Notes: generated from the letters alone by a model not told the origin. A stretch of DNA of 64,000 bases from Catajapyx aquilonaris (GCA_000934665.2 KZ537957.1:62001-126000); one strand, 5' to 3'. Counted from the first letter of the stretch, positions 39,301-52,500 are shown. Translations and numbers: made by a program.

Positions 39301-40546
39301 TTTTATCTTCCGCAGAGTGCCAATAGACCCAGATGCGCCGCGGTGGAAATCTCCTACTGAGCCTCTTCCCGTTTGGCTGGGATGAGAATTGACAGGGTAG
39401 GGCCGCACTTTCCAGAAGGCTTAATGGGGATGGCCATCAACCACCAAAAGTGTGTTGATTTCAGAGGATCACGTGGGCCAAACAAGTGCCTGGATGCTCA
39501 TTAGGGAGTTGGCTGAGGCTAAACACTGCGGTATTTGGAGATGTTTCGCCCACATATTGGCACCTTGACTTTCAAGTTAGGCACGTGTAGGGAACCTAAT
39601 TATAGGCTATGAGATGTTAAGGGAAAAAAACAGATTCCCTTAGACAGTCTGCAGCGGCTTAAAGCGGTCCGATTTAGACAACTCACTTGTCGGCCATCAG
39701 GGAGAAATGAACGTGCCATTTCGGCCACAGTAACATCACCAATATCAACTTGGCTCCAAGAGGCAACTCTAAATTACCGACCCTCGACTTTAATTCGAGC
39801 CGTAATTGTGCTTTGATGCGCTGCTAAACCAGAGCAAAATTCATGATTTACAAGGAGGGGGGGCGAAAATGGCTTCATCAACGCGGCTACAAATGGCTCA
39901 GTAGATGTCATTAGAGCGGTCACACATTACTCAGAAGAAACAAGATGCCTGAAGCGGGCGTACCACACCGAAGCGAAACTCCTATTTGTGGTGCAGCTTC
40001 CAATGTCCTAGGAATTTCCTAACTGGCAACCCATCCTTTCCCCTTACTCACCAAGGAAGGAAATGGCTTCATGCAAATTTCAGCGGACACCTCCTCCTCC
40101 ATGTCCCGTGCATGTAACTTAATTCTATCGCGGAACTAATTTGCAGACCGGACGGATGGTTTCTACTGGGAGAGAAGTCAGCTTGGGAGTCTGCTGGTGG
40201 TGATAATGCTCTTAGTAATGGGAGGAACAACGGAGAACGTACCAGGTTCGTCAGCATATTTTCTAGTAGCTAGAGGGAGTGTTTGAAATTATGCAAACTG
40301 GTCTTAACTCTTGTAGGAAGCTTACCGTCCAGATCAGGAAGACTTTCTTCTGGCGAAGAGAGCGACATACAGTCAGAGCACTCTCCGTCCGACAAGAAGC
40401 TGTGAGGTGCGTCTTGTTGCTCTTGTTCGCAGTTGAGGTTGTTGTTTTGGTTGATGCCGTTGCTGTGACCTGGCGATACTGAGCCCAGGTTGTTGTTGAT
40501 CTTGGCTTCCAATGTGGGCGTGATCAAGTTGTTGGACCATGGTATG
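21180..40546 (-). CDS. SCHIP1: Schwannomin-interacting protein 1 homologue, long isoform (join of 40546-40326, 37083-35746, 33995-33898, 23988-23871, 23770-23613, 23080-22823, 22765-22654, 21548-21449, 21348-21180)
   Basis: All nine exons have canonical AG/GT ends with matching phases and give one open frame. It contains the SCHIP-1 motifs [79 protein letters not shown] and [31 protein letters not shown]. About 860 aa if the 62256 start exon is used. Confidence 0.88.
21449..21548 (-). CDS. SCHIP1: SCHIP1 exon, C-terminal coiled coil/leucine zipper
   Basis: CTCTTTTCAG|...|GTGAGT; encodes [32 protein letters not shown] (not in the ORF track). Confidence 0.93.
22654..22765 (-). CDS. SCHIP1: SCHIP1 exon
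   Basis: CTTTCAG|...|GTAAGT; encodes [37 protein letters not shown]. Confidence 0.92.
22823..23080 (-). CDS. SCHIP1: SCHIP1 exon
   Basis: TTTTTCAG|PLLSSMK...[56 protein letters not shown]; phase 0-0; followed by a 57-nt intron. Confidence 0.92.
23613..23770 (-). CDS. SCHIP1: SCHIP1 exon
   Basis: TTTTCGTAG|GG ATG AAC...; encodes [17 protein letters not shown]...AVSK|GT; phase 1-0. Confidence 0.9.
23871..23988 (-). CDS. SCHIP1: SCHIP1 first common core exon
   Basis: [55 protein letters not shown]; phase 0-1. Confidence 0.92.
24150..24527 (-). CDS. SCHIP1: Candidate SCHIP1 alternative first exon A (126 codons)
   Basis: ATG 24527 (GCCATG), GC-rich coding-like [18 protein letters not shown]...ITPDDEG, ending at |GTAAGT in phase 0, 161 nt from the core acceptor. 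Confidence 0.7.
26698..26722. repeat. (TA)n microsatellite
   Basis: About 12 uninterrupted TA units. Confidence 0.9.
28067..28252 (-). CDS. SCHIP1: Candidate SCHIP1 alternative first exon B (62 codons)
   Basis: ATG 28252 reads [11 protein letters not shown]...[27 protein letters not shown], ending at CAG|GTGAGA in phase 0; CpG-rich sequence upstream (28600-28750). Confidence 0.55.
33327..33377 (-). CDS. SCHIP1: Candidate SCHIP1 alternative first exon C (17 codons)
   Basis: AACATGG start, [17 protein letters not shown], donor CAG|GTGAGA in phase 0; TCAGTT initiator ~60 nt upstream. Confidence 0.55.
33437..33442 (-). promoter_or_regulatory. Arthropod-type initiator (TCAGTT) upstream of candidate exon C
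   Basis: Exact TCAGTT on the minus strand at the head of a CpG-rich ~115-nt segment that ends in a strong donor. Confidence 0.4.
33898..33995 (-). CDS. SCHIP1: SCHIP1 exon (conserved pre-core motif)
   Basis: CGTTACAG|...|GTGAGT; encodes [32 protein letters not shown], resembling the PxxDxEAxExHL motif that precedes the SCHIP-1 core; phase 1-0; not in the ORF track. Confidence 0.88.
35746..37083 (-). CDS. SCHIP1: SCHIP1 large low-complexity exon (1338 nt)
   Basis: Lies within the 494-aa ORF. Strong acceptor TTTCCTGCTCTCTCTGTTCCGCAG| and donor G|GTAAGT, phase 1-1, in frame with both neighbours. Poly-Ala, poly-Asn, Pro-rich and Glu/Asp-rich tracts. Confidence 0.8.
40243..40269 (-). CDS. SCHIP1: Candidate 27-nt SCHIP1 microexon
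   Basis: CACTCCCTCTAG|CT ACT AGA AAA TAT GCT GAC GAA CCT G|GTACGT; symmetric phase 1-1, stop-free, 56-nt intron upstream. Confidence 0.4.
40326..40546 (-). CDS. SCHIP1: SCHIP1 upstream exon
   Basis: CTTCTCTGTTGCAG|...[22 protein letters not shown]...[18 protein letters not shown]; phase 2-1, matching the phase of the 37083 acceptor. Confidence 0.7.
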
Positions 40547-42001
40547 CTGCAACAGAGAAGGGTTGGTCAGTGTCATTGTGACTGTCATACCAGTAGAAAT
40601 ATACGACAAGTGCAGAATGTAAAACTGCGTGAATAAATAAAGTGTTAATTGAATACAATAGGAAATCGTTAAAATTCACATGTTCAGATTCAGCTGAATC
40701 CGATGCCGACGGAAGAGCTTATCGTTGGAGGTACACAAATCTGTGGCCAGATATTTAACAGGGCTTACTTGAACATGCATCTCGCCTTTAATGGCGCACC
40801 CCTGCATCGAAAAGGGCGATAAAATCCCCTTTTGAAACCCGGATATTTTTAGTGGGGCCATCAAAGGATGGAAAGAGGATTTCGAATGCAGCCTAAATTG
40901 CCCTCGGATCGAGGTTTCACAGTTTGAACTCCGGCGTCCAGACCAGGTTTTTTTTTTTCACGCTCCGTCTCTGTGGTACCAGAATTATGCATGCGTCTAT
41001 ACCACTGGAAATCCGCAGGGAATAGATATTATGTCACAGAATATCCATTTTCTCTCCAAAAGAGCAGGTGGGGTGATTAGCGGTGACGTTAGTTTCACCA
41101 CCTACCCAGTGGCGCCCCCAGTAAGTGGTGTCACAGAGAGGCACCTGTGATTGCTTCAAAACAAATACTAACATTTGCACCACCTGCGGATGCCACACGA
41201 AGCGAGCTGGAGTGACGGTGCAACAAAGGAACATTCAAAATGGCACTTGTTTACTAACCCCCTTTAGCTACCGGAGCTGCAATAACTCACGGCAAACGTC
41301 GGAGATTGTGCGGTACTATAATCTCGTCAGCGTCGCGCCCTTACTTCCCGCATTCAGGATTTATTGTTATGACGACTGGAATTAGAAAGTCCTATCTGGA
41401 GATGCGCGTTTGTAAATCGCCCTAGACATTCAGCAAGAGCTGTGATTGCATGAGTGAATTATCAGGAGGATGCAGATGCTGCAATGCGAAACGTACCTAA
41501 TGATTCTCCCTGGAAGACTACCTAACATCCACAAAGGATATTGATTCATCAGACTATTATTGCATGGTATGTCGATAGCAGGTGATTCAACAATGGAGCA
41601 ACTTCAAATTTTTCTGTCAGATTCAGCAAAATGGCTACTGTGATGATCCCAACATCATCATTAGAGAAAACCATACTCATGAATTTTATTCACCGTACAA
41701 TGTGATCGAGGTAAAAAAAATATTCCTCTTGCCTGCAGGGACACAGAGGGTAGCGGAAATCAGGGTAGATGATAGTAGCACGACGTCCACAGTTTGGAAA
41801 AACCAGGAAAAACAGCGGAGTTATCAGGCTGACTTTCGAGTGCTGGTGACATTTCACATAAAAAATGTACAAGATACGCCCGACGGCAGCTTCCGTAGTG
41901 TCGAGGGACTACAGGAGAGTCCAGGGGAAAAAAATACATGGCTCATGAAAATTATAGCGTTAATTCTGTCTCTGTGACTGAGTGGTGACTAGAGAGAGGA
42001 G

Positions 42002-42042
42002 GGGTCACTGACCATCTGAACCACAGGGTCACTGACCATCTG
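42002..42042. repeat. Short direct duplication, 24-bp period
   Basis: GGGTCACTGACCATCTG occurs twice, 24 bp apart. Confidence 0.8.
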
Positions 42043-43442
42043 GCACAACAATTTGTGCATTGCAGCGGCAGCATGTTATTTACTTATTTACCATGTAACG
42101 AGCCTACATGGGATTCAGCCTATTGTGGTTACTAGGTTGGAGAGAGGTATACAAGGAAGGTGTTCGTGAAACATGGGCGAAGCCCATATTATCTGCCTAT
42201 ATAGTAGGAACTGGCGGCGCCGGAAGTCTGGATCGAAGTTGCGTGATTTGGCACGAGCTTGCATACCCGGTACCTCGTCATTTTCAGACGGGGAAACGTA
42301 TAGGGTTGACATTTGTTTGTTACCGGTTTAAACGTGAAAAGCAATGCGTATCGGCTTTTGATAGAGGCTATATACGGGGACTCTCTGGTACAAAACGAGT
42401 AGGATTGCCCTGACATGTTCGAACCCGGTTGGAGACACATTAGCTTGTAGCTCCGACGCTAATGTACGCTTCTGTTCCTCAGAGTACAATAACGACACAC
42501 TGCACTGCCCGTGTGAGGATATTTTAAAATCGATAGGGAAAGGCTACATTTATGCAGGGTTTGGGTCTGGCATAGTGTTACATAATAAAATCAAGCTCTA
42601 AAATAAGGAAGGTGAAAAACTACAGGGCGTGTGCTGCATTGGGGTGATCTCAATCCTGTTACTTCTGCAGATTAGTTCTTCGGAGTTGGATTAACTCTAA
42701 AGCTGCGATGCATGCATTCAGTAGGGGTTAAGATACTCTGCTTATTCCTAGCTTTATACATAAGTAGATCTACTCATGAAATTTCCCAGGAGATGTGATT
42801 TTGCCATCCTGAAGAGGTTTAGTGTAGTGAGATTTGCAGTCTCTGTTTGAAAAATGGCTAACGCATTTTGCAGAAACCAACACTCTGGTGTCCAGTCCAC
42901 CCTGTAGAAGTTAGTCTATCATTATGAAAACTAAAACTGCAAATCGTGGCCTGGGATATGCAAACTTTCCCATCCACCCGACTCGTTTGCAAAGGACAAA
43001 TCTACATTCGGTAGAAAAATGTTTTTCCAATTAGGATCCCCCGTTCCCATGACTATTACAGACAGAGCACGAATTTGGTTAGAACAAGGGTAAAATTGGG
43101 TGGCGTGAAGACTTGATTTTGGCGGATCCCGAAATGATGTGCCAGGCTTGCTTTCCAAATCATCACCCCAGGCGTGGCATCTGGAATGCAGAGGGGGCTG
43201 TGCCAGCGATCCAATTACGTTTCAGGCCCAACTGCAGCCTGCCCAGAAAAGAGAGACTGCGGATGAGTCAGGGAAAAGAGAAAATGTAGGGAAGTTGTAA
43301 TCCCCCCTGTACATCTCCCCCTTCTAATCTGTTATGCGTAATACGGGTGGTGATTAATATCGACAGAAAGGGATGGAGGGGGTTCACATATGACGTCATT
43401 TGGACCAACAATGCCATTGTTGGTTGTATGTACATGGTGTTA

Positions 43443-43592
43443 AGGCCATTTCACAAAAAAAATGTCGCGCGGCAAACGGCGCGACTTGCGGCAAATTTTA
43501 TTGTTGCCAACAATTGGCAACAATAAATATAAATAAAAATTTGTCGCAAGTCGCGCCGTTTGCCGCGCGACATTTTTTTTGTGAAATGGCCT
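43443..43592. mobile_element. PIF/Harbinger (Tourist-like) MITE, 150 bp, TTA TSD
   Basis: About 57-bp terminal inverted repeats AGGCCATTTCACAAAAAAAATGTCGCGCGGCAAACGGCGCGACTTGCG... with one mismatch; TTA at 43440-42 and 43593-95; internal palindrome TTATTGTTGCCAA-caa-TTGGCAACAATAA. Confidence 0.85.
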
Positions 43593-46500
43593 TTACAGTT
43601 GACGTGAAAGTGACCATGTGTATGATGAAGCAGCCAGACACAACCTGCCCCAGAATTATGAATAAATAATTATATAAGTGACGTCAACACATACTCGCAC
43701 ATACCGATGGTTCTTCCAGGCCAGACCTTGATGGATCAAGTGAACTTCCAGATCCGGTAATGAGCACTTCCAATGGCACCCACATTGTCCTGACACATTA
43801 GAAGTGCGTAGACACACACGCACAGTCCTAGGGTTACTAAGCAGACAAGTGTGGGACGGTTAGGGGAAAGGGGAGCGTGCCTGCTCTCTGGTGGAGGGTT
43901 TCTAAGCCAAAGAGTGGGGGGACCTTCCTGACTATTTCGGCAACATTTTGAACTATATACCGGCTAGCCCATATGAAGGTAAGTGACAGAATTTGGAATC
44001 ACATGTTTGTGACTAATTAAAGCATTGACCCATACATCATCGTCGCATTACCAGTTGACATCCCCGTCATTATCCGTCCCGGGAACAGTCAGGAGGAACA
44101 CTCAATTGGATTTGGGAAGGAGTAATTAGAGTTTTGACCTACATACACTATGAGTACTCAGCCAGACATATGCCAGCGTTATGTCGATGGTTGGATTGAG
44201 TTTTTGTAGGATTCGAACGACGGAGGTTTGCGGAATATTTCCCGGAAATTTGGTGTGTCGTGCAGATTGGTAGAAGTTGATTTTTCTGTCAGATAAAACG
44301 CGTGGTAGTGACAGGCTGCGAAGCCTCATCTGGAAATGTCAACTGGTGTTTTCGGGTCGCCGGAAATGTTGGGAGCGGCATCCCCACGGTGTGGCATATG
44401 TTACGTATAGTTTTTTTTAAAAAATATTCGCGGATGATTCGCGGCGTAAATGTTCACTCGCATGGTAAGCGTAATTAATGCAAAGCTAATATGCGGCAGG
44501 TGGAAAAATTTGCTAGTTCTTGTTTTCAACAAACCTACAAACGGAATCTATGATTTTGCATACAGTATGCAGAGTACGGTCCTATGTTTTGAGCTTTAAG
44601 TCTGAAGGTCAGGTGAATATTTGTATAATATGGCTCTCAGTTCAATATTGTGAAAAGTAGTGGGAATATTATTTTAAATTAGACACTGCTTTTGTTATCG
44701 TATATCCTCTCGTTGGTGACGGTATACATATATCCTGAACAACGCTTCATCTCCTCAAAGTTGAAAATTGGACGAAACTGCATAATAAAGGCTTTTGTGT
44801 GAAATTCACTATTGATTTTAGAATTGAGAGCCGAAAGAGGCCTGAGACCTCCAAAATGGAAGTTCTACAAATTAATTAACCCTTTACACTCATTAAATGA
44901 CCGAGGGTCAAGCCGTTTAAAATGGATGGTTGTTGTTAGACATGTAGTACTTGAGGACGAGGTTCTTGAACTCCTCAGAACTTCCTGGAATCGCACTTGG
45001 AATATTCGATGCATTTCTTTCGTGTCCGTCGAATTGGAAACTCCTGTCATATTATTTACACGTATTAAGGGAAAGTTCAGACAAACCTATTAATAATGTG
45101 TACCCCCTCCCCCATCTATTACATGGTAGCTGAAAACATGCCGGAAAAAATAACCCCCGCGCACTCCGTAATTTAAGGTAACGTACTGTGCATGTTCATA
45201 ATTGTAATCTTGAAAACTTTATTGTGCTGGCCCCCGTGTACTAGGGCCAGGTTTTATTCCTTCATAAACCCTCCCGTAACAGGTTCATATGCCTGTGGAC
45301 TATAGGCGTGGAAGCCCACAAAAGCTAGCGTCCTTACCTCTGATAATTCACTGTTGTAGTTGAGAACGTGTTGGGTGGATTTCTGTTGCGGTCTGGCTGG
45401 TCTTGATTGAGGAGTAGATTAGAGTTATGGCTGGAAAGAAAATACATAAGAGTTCAGTTCGTTTCGTATTACCGTTTCGTTCGTTTCGTATGCTCCCGTC
45501 AGCTAGCGTGAACCCGCCTTAACTCCTGCATAGAAGTTGCTGGCATTACATGAGAGCAGGAATGGTTGAGGCATAGTCAGGATACATTCATATCCTCAGG
45601 CTATACAAGAATCATCAGTGATAACTTCCCTCAACCATTGTCCTTTTAGACTTTAATCCTCTTAAGAACCCCCATTTATTACCTCTTGGAAGAGGACTTG
45701 GCGACCCTCTCGAAATCAATTCTGGAGCAATAGTGTAAAAGTTTGACAGGAGTCTAGATTCAGTGGAGAAAGGTCTGAGCACGGAAGATTTAATGAATCG
45801 CAGGGAGAATCGTCACACTAATGTTCCCTTTGCGTGTTGCCCTGTCCAAACCTATTTTTTTGCACAGAAAGACTGCCTGGAAAAAGAACTGCGGGTAACA
45901 ACCGGGCCCCATTTTAGTTAAAAATAAAACTTGACAACTGCCTCGTGGAGTTTACACTTGAGAGGTTTCAGAATAGGACGTCCGGCGTCTAACTTTTTTT
46001 TGTATATCTGTTGAAAAGCATGAGAAAATGCCAGTCATTGTGGACAATGATTGCTGCCTTTTTCATAGTTGACGAGAAGCTGAATTTTTCAGATAATTGT
46101 GTGCACTGTAGTGATAGGGCAGATGAGTATTGCATCCGATTGCACCCAAATGGAGCGGTTTTGTATCGATCATGAGCGTTCTGATGGCCGATATGGTCAG
46201 CCATCAGCGTTACAATGCAAAATAGTGGCAACTCATGTTAGTTTAGCTCCTACTTTGTAAACTAAAACAGTGCGCATCTCACCTCCCACTTTCAATAATA
46301 TTGCTTAATAATTCGTCCTACATATGAATGATTGGTTAGTTTAAAAAATATTGGATCACCCTGCAGGTGTTTTTCAAAAAAAATTATTTAACATGCCATA
46401 AAACTGAAATGTATATTTAAGGGCTGTGGCACCCAGTACGGAGCACTCGACACGAGTGTTTGATTATGGGCTCTGCTTCAGCTCCCTACCTAATGCCATT

Positions 46501-49500
46501 CAGTTTGAAGGGCTGTTATCTACAGTGTCAGCTCAGTTTCGATAAAAATGCCAGATAGCCCATTTTTGCGAGCTTCCCCTGCATTTTTTTACCCCCTGTA
46601 AAACGTAAGCGGAAATCAGCACAATACATTAATTGAAGGCAAAGGGACAGGTCCATTTGGCCTAGGGTGTGTTGGGAGAAGGAGTCGTCGACACGCGCAA
46701 TCGCCTCGGGATTTATAGTCCTTAATCTTGGAGAGTAAATTTGCCGCTGTCGTCGGTCTCATACATTTGAAAACGCACGATTAGACCAGAAGCCCACCCA
46801 CCCTAGGGGACTTGATCTTCATTACGACGTTTAATTTGCGGAACGGACTTCTCCTCGCCAAATTTTTTTTAACTGGTAGAGATGACCTCAATTAAAGTTT
46901 TATTGCGGTCTGTGGGAAATAAGGAACGAAAGAAAAGGGGGTGGGATGACGTCTCCCAGATGACGACCCAACTAATTTCAGAAGGGGTCTACTACATGGC
47001 ATTTTTGATGAGAAGCAAGACGGGAACCCCAGACCTAAAGGAGGATTCTTTTGCTAGCAATAAAGTCGAGACATGGGGATATAGGGGGAAACTGGTCTTA
47101 AAAGGGGAGAATTTTGCTCCGTCAGGATGTTAATAAAGCATGTTAGAGCCTGGATTTCTACGCTTTGGTGTGACAGTAGGGTGCAAATGTGATCTTCTAG
47201 GATTTCAGGTCGTGCTTAGTGTCAGTTGACTGGAAATAATGGAGAAGTTAAATTTTTGGGTGTATACACGACTGGTATTGTCATGTTGGTACAATAGGCA
47301 GTTCCCCTTTAATGTAGATTAATATTTAGCAGCACGATTTGAATTTTTTAAAAAATGCAGCAGGAAATGCTTCCAGCAGATATATCAAGAGAGATAAATT
47401 TCAGCATAAGCATCTAGAATAGTATTTTTTAAAGAATTTAGGGTTAAATATGTTGATTAATATTTCACAGCATTTTTTTTCTGGATACATGCCAAGAGGA
47501 GGGATCTGCAGATATTTGTCCCCTTTTAAAGAAATTGCAAGGGATGAACGGAATTTGAACACATTAGCTTTAGAGGCTATCTAGAGACGTCCCCGTTTTT
47601 TGTGGGATCTTGGCTTTACACAACTTAGCGAAATCTATTGGATTGGACTAACTTTTGTGAAGAAGTTTCTGTGGCACTCAGCTGGTGCAATAACTAAAGC
47701 GAATCCTGGCTGTTAAATCTCGCACATTTTTTTCTTCTCTCCAACTGGCATTTTTTTTCCGCACAAAGTTATGGAATGCGACTGTGATCCACAATCGACA
47801 GTCTGGAAATTCTCATCTGATGTGGAAATCGATGGTTGGTGGGGTGCAGGAATCTGATGGAATGAGATGTTGGAAGCCATGATGAAAGTCACATATTACT
47901 GGCTCTATAGCTTCTGTTATGTGCCTCTTTCCCATCGCGAAAATGTAAATCGAAGCCTTCTCTTTCCTCGGTTCCGCCAAGAGGCATAGGATTATAACAC
48001 CCAGGTTTATGGAGAATGAAAATGGTATTTTTTGCGACCACGCATATATGTTATCCCTTGATAATAACTGGTCAAGTAAGGCTGATTAAGGTCGCAAAAT
48101 ATCTGAACAATTCTTTGAACTGATATTCTGATGAAACACCTATACGAGTATAGTATATGCCATAGTATACGAGTATACGATATTCAGGGCATTAATCTCA
48201 CTTGGCACTCATAATAGTATTATCAGTTTTCTTAGAAATCTAGAATGAAGGCCCTTTTCAAAATAGTCGATGTAATCCTCTCAACCGCTGCTTATTAATG
48301 GGTGAGGACTATAAGAGGATTTGGTGGTACTTACTTTTCGAAGGAAGCTTCCCTCCCTCGCATGTCGTCTTCTGGTTTGAGACGCATCCTGTCGCACTGT
48401 AAAGAGATTCATTGTGAGTTGAAGCTTACTTATTCAGGGCATTGTGCAAATTTGAGACGAGTAATATTGCTGATGCTGGAAACCAGATTAAATTATGCAA
48501 TAAACGACATACAGTATTTACGATTTTATGGTTGGTTACATATGCACGGGGAACAGGAGAGTGGTTCTGCCATAGGATTTTATGCCTGGATAGCAAGTAC
48601 TGTGTACAGTAGCGTCAGGGGGACTATAAGTTATTCAAAATGTTTCAGAAGGGCAGTGTGTATATTATGTGAAACATTCATTTTCCTTCAATGCATTAAC
48701 CATTGGGGGGCAGGGTCATATTAACTGGGCAATACACAAAATAACTTAATATGTGCCGGTAGTGTATAATATCAGGAATAAGTCTACCAGCAAGTTATTT
48801 ATTATGCATTTCACCAACTTCCCACCTTCCTCAAATTTGCATCCGACTGTCTTCTCATTACCGCTCTTTAATTATTGGAAACTTTTTTTTTTGCAAACCG
48901 AAAACAGCTTCCATGCCCAATTTAAAAACTAGGTCGCAGGCGAAGGCGACTAGAAACTTTTAACGGGCTAGAAGTTTTTGTGTAGCATTAGGCAAATCCT
49001 ACAAACCATCTTAATAAGTCTGCACCAAAAATTGCATTGCAGAAAAAAAAATCGGACTGTTGGTCAAAAAATTACACTACAGCATTTTGAAACTATACCT
49101 GTAACGGTTTTCAACAGCTTACTTAATACGAGACAAATTTTACATGATTGTGTCTATTTTATTGGTCGAGTTACAGTATCAGATAGAAAATGGCTCCTTT
49201 TAGGCTATCAACAGGTTTGTGTAACAGTGAGGCTCAAGGTGTACTTTAATTTATTTGCATTCCTCGGGGGCAGTTATGATAAAATCATATGTGATTTTTG
49301 AGCACCTAATGCGTAGTAAATAATTAATTACGAAATAATTAGTGTTGGCGGTTTTGATATGTTGCAATGGCACTGTTTGTTTCATTTTACCTCCTGTAGT
49401 AGTACAGTCGGTCATTATTTGAGTGTGTCATTAGTTGTGTTTGCGGGCATTTTATGGAGAAATAATTGCTCAATATTACAAGTTGGTGGTTTTGTTCTGT

Positions 49501-52500
49501 TATTAATTAAATAAACAACCGGTTCATTTTTCAATACCATCATATAAAACAGACCAGTATTTGATTACTTGTACATTAATGATGTCAAAGTCCACAAATC
49601 GTGTTATTCATGGCCTTATCCCATTTCACCGACGTCAGACTTTTTTCAGGACTATTTCTGGCTTAGTTGTTATAGGAAGCCTAATAAGCTGAGAAGGGCC
49701 CTGCTATTGATTTTGCCAGGATACGAATCTGCGTTTGAGGGATTCAATGCGGAATTCATGAGACTGACGGTTGTTTTCGAGCCGAGAAGATGAGAAGTGG
49801 AACATCTTTGACTGCCTTGCTCGGGGGGTTCAGACAAGGCGTAAACCATGGCTTATACACCTTCACGCATTTTTTTTTCCAATTTTTCTTCATAAGGTAC
49901 GTACTGCGTAATTTACATCTCCGTTACATTATTTGTAGAAAGTAACTGCTGATTGGCCAGTAATGATGCCGAACTACACGACGAATCAGAATATGGCTAA
50001 ATGACACGCAAATGTTATGCGTATCTGTGTGAGCGTTAGTGTCAGGTTTGATAGGAAAAGGTGGGACTGAAGCGTGTTAAGTTGACGACAAAATTGACAT
50101 TGCCAAAATTGTAATACTCCGGGGGGAAGAATGGTCATCACTACTGCGCAGATTGTGTTATGGAGCAGCATATGTTGCAAAAATCGACAAAAGCGAAATA
50201 ATGACTGGTATTATTCATGCAGAGCTATTATCGAAAATTAGTTTTGCGACGATTTCGTATACCATCAGCTTATTTACTGTGTACCCCGGTAATGTGATAT
50301 TGGAGGTGTTAATATTTGTCTATTGCTCTAAATATATTTTAATGAAGGAGTTTGTCCCGCGTACGCCTGCGGAGCCCAACTTATGATATCTTTCCCAGGC
50401 CTTAAGTATCAAAAAAAGGAAGGACCAGGAAAATGGCAAAAAAAAAAGAATTTCGATACAGACCATTTTTCGTGGTCTGGCTCCCGTTCTGACAGTGACA
50501 GATTAGGTAGCAGCCTTATATCCCAAAAACCATCTCCCTTTATATTTCTAATTCACCTCAGGTCCATTTGTTTCGCGGCAGTTTCTTGCCGAGAATAAGG
50601 ATTATGAGGTACAGCCAAGAAACTTCTCATAATCTGGTATGTGTTGCGAAAGATTCGTGAGACACGAATACTGCATGTTAAGCTAATACTCAACCGCCGC
50701 CATATAGTCTAGTGTTTGCTCGTCTAGGCAGGAAAAGGAGCATATACGCGCTTTTGAGGTGAAGAACCTTTTCCAACCTTACTGAATAAATCAACGACAT
50801 TGCATTTCTAGCAATACTGAATATATAGTACATTTTATGTCGATGCGATCGGAATACCAAGCCATGTCCTTTTTTGTCAGACTCGTAAACTATTTTCACT
50901 CGGTTTTATCACTTTAGGGTCTAGTCACGTTGCTACCACTGTTCAGTGTTGTACATTAATCGCAGTGCAAATTGAAGTGTGAGCCATGCGAGTAAGAAGA
51001 GGTAGGCCTTGAGTGACGTCACCCAAGGGCTACAATTTCTTACTCGCACGGCTCGCACTTCGATTTGCACGTCTGCCGCTTCAGAAAATGTCGCTAGCAG
51101 TATGACAGAATTAATGTCCAGCACTGTTCATAAAAATTCACCTATTGATTCAGGTGCATTATACTAATAAAAGCATTTGCAAAGTCGGAGGCAACTTTTG
51201 TGGTTGAAAGTCCAAGTGTAAATAGATGGAGGCTCCGGAGTAGTATCTGCAGCAGCAGGGCAGCAAGTAAGGGAATCGGACCCTAGAGGAATCCATGGGA
51301 GGAAGAGGAGGCTTGCTCCGTTTCCAGTGTCACAGAATGGACCTCCGGGGATGAGCCACATTCGGATGGCCAGGAAATGTCAACAGCGCCACGCTGCTTC
51401 CCCCAATCACCTTGCGACTTGCACCATTCCTGCTGTGCAAAATTTATGGAACTGCTCCAAGTAGACCCAAGCGAGTGTAGAAAGAAGTGGGGGGAGGATG
51501 CTAAAAGCACCAGAGCTCTCACATTAAGTCTATAGCCTCTTTTTTTTCAAAAAAACTGTGAGCTGAATACGCACATACACGTAGATGAGTTAGGGTATTG
51601 TCTTCCTAGGCGCTATTGAGAATCTTCCCAGTATTTCATTTTAATTGCAACGAAAGGTCGGATGAGTTTGCTTAAAAGCTGGGGGGGTTCAACAATGGAG
51701 AGGCTCAAATGGGATCGGGGACTAATTCTGAGCCTGTCGTATAGTTGCGAGATTTCTCTGCCTTTGCGAAATGATTAATAGCTCGTGTAGGAGAGCAGTG
51801 GCGTGAGATGCTTGACGTTTTATGTTTCATATCCGGGAGTTTAGTACCTGCGATGGGCCCAGACCAAACAGAAGTTTAGTATGGAGGATGAGGGGATGAA
51901 ACTGCATCGGCATCGGTTTTTTTTTTTGCGAAATTTTATTTACCGTTCTTTTGAAGGCAAACATGGCTCTCAAGTTGCCATGACGGTTCTTGCATTTGTA
52001 GGGAAAAGTTACATGGAGCTGGCAGTATTTGCACGGGACTTGGACTAATTAATGTCGCTCTTCAGGCCATTCGTGAATTTCTTGCCGTGACATCAAAGAG
52101 CGAAATGGCAGAGTCTTGTGGATCAAATTCGTGCTTGGATTGCGAAGCGGTTGCAGTTCGTTTGTTTGACGTGGAAATGCGTGCATATATCCAGAGAATA
52201 AAATTATTACCAGGGATCGGATTCATCCTGTACTTCAGAAGGTATGGTATACAATCAAGTGATTATTACTACTGAATTCAGTAATTAAATATCATGGATT
52301 ATCGAATTAATTTGAAATTATTTTATAATTTGACATTCCTGCATATGGCCCTTGAAACATATGGTCAGTAAGATACACGTCTTACATTAGAAAATCATAG
52401 CGACAGTTTCCATGAAATTAAAATCAGTTTGTTAAAATTTAGTGTTATCCCCCAAAAAGGTCGTTTCGGCCTGTATAAAACGGGGTGAGATAAATAAATA

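Noticed and set aside
42621..42906. TA-CAGGGYG...CACCCTG-TA Tc1/mariner-like ends
   Set aside because: Only ~9 bp pair; too short to separate from chance. Similar solo ends occur at ~35591 and ~59138.
48302..48724. 140-aa plus-strand ORF
   Set aside because: GTG start, no recognisable motif, composition like surrounding intron.
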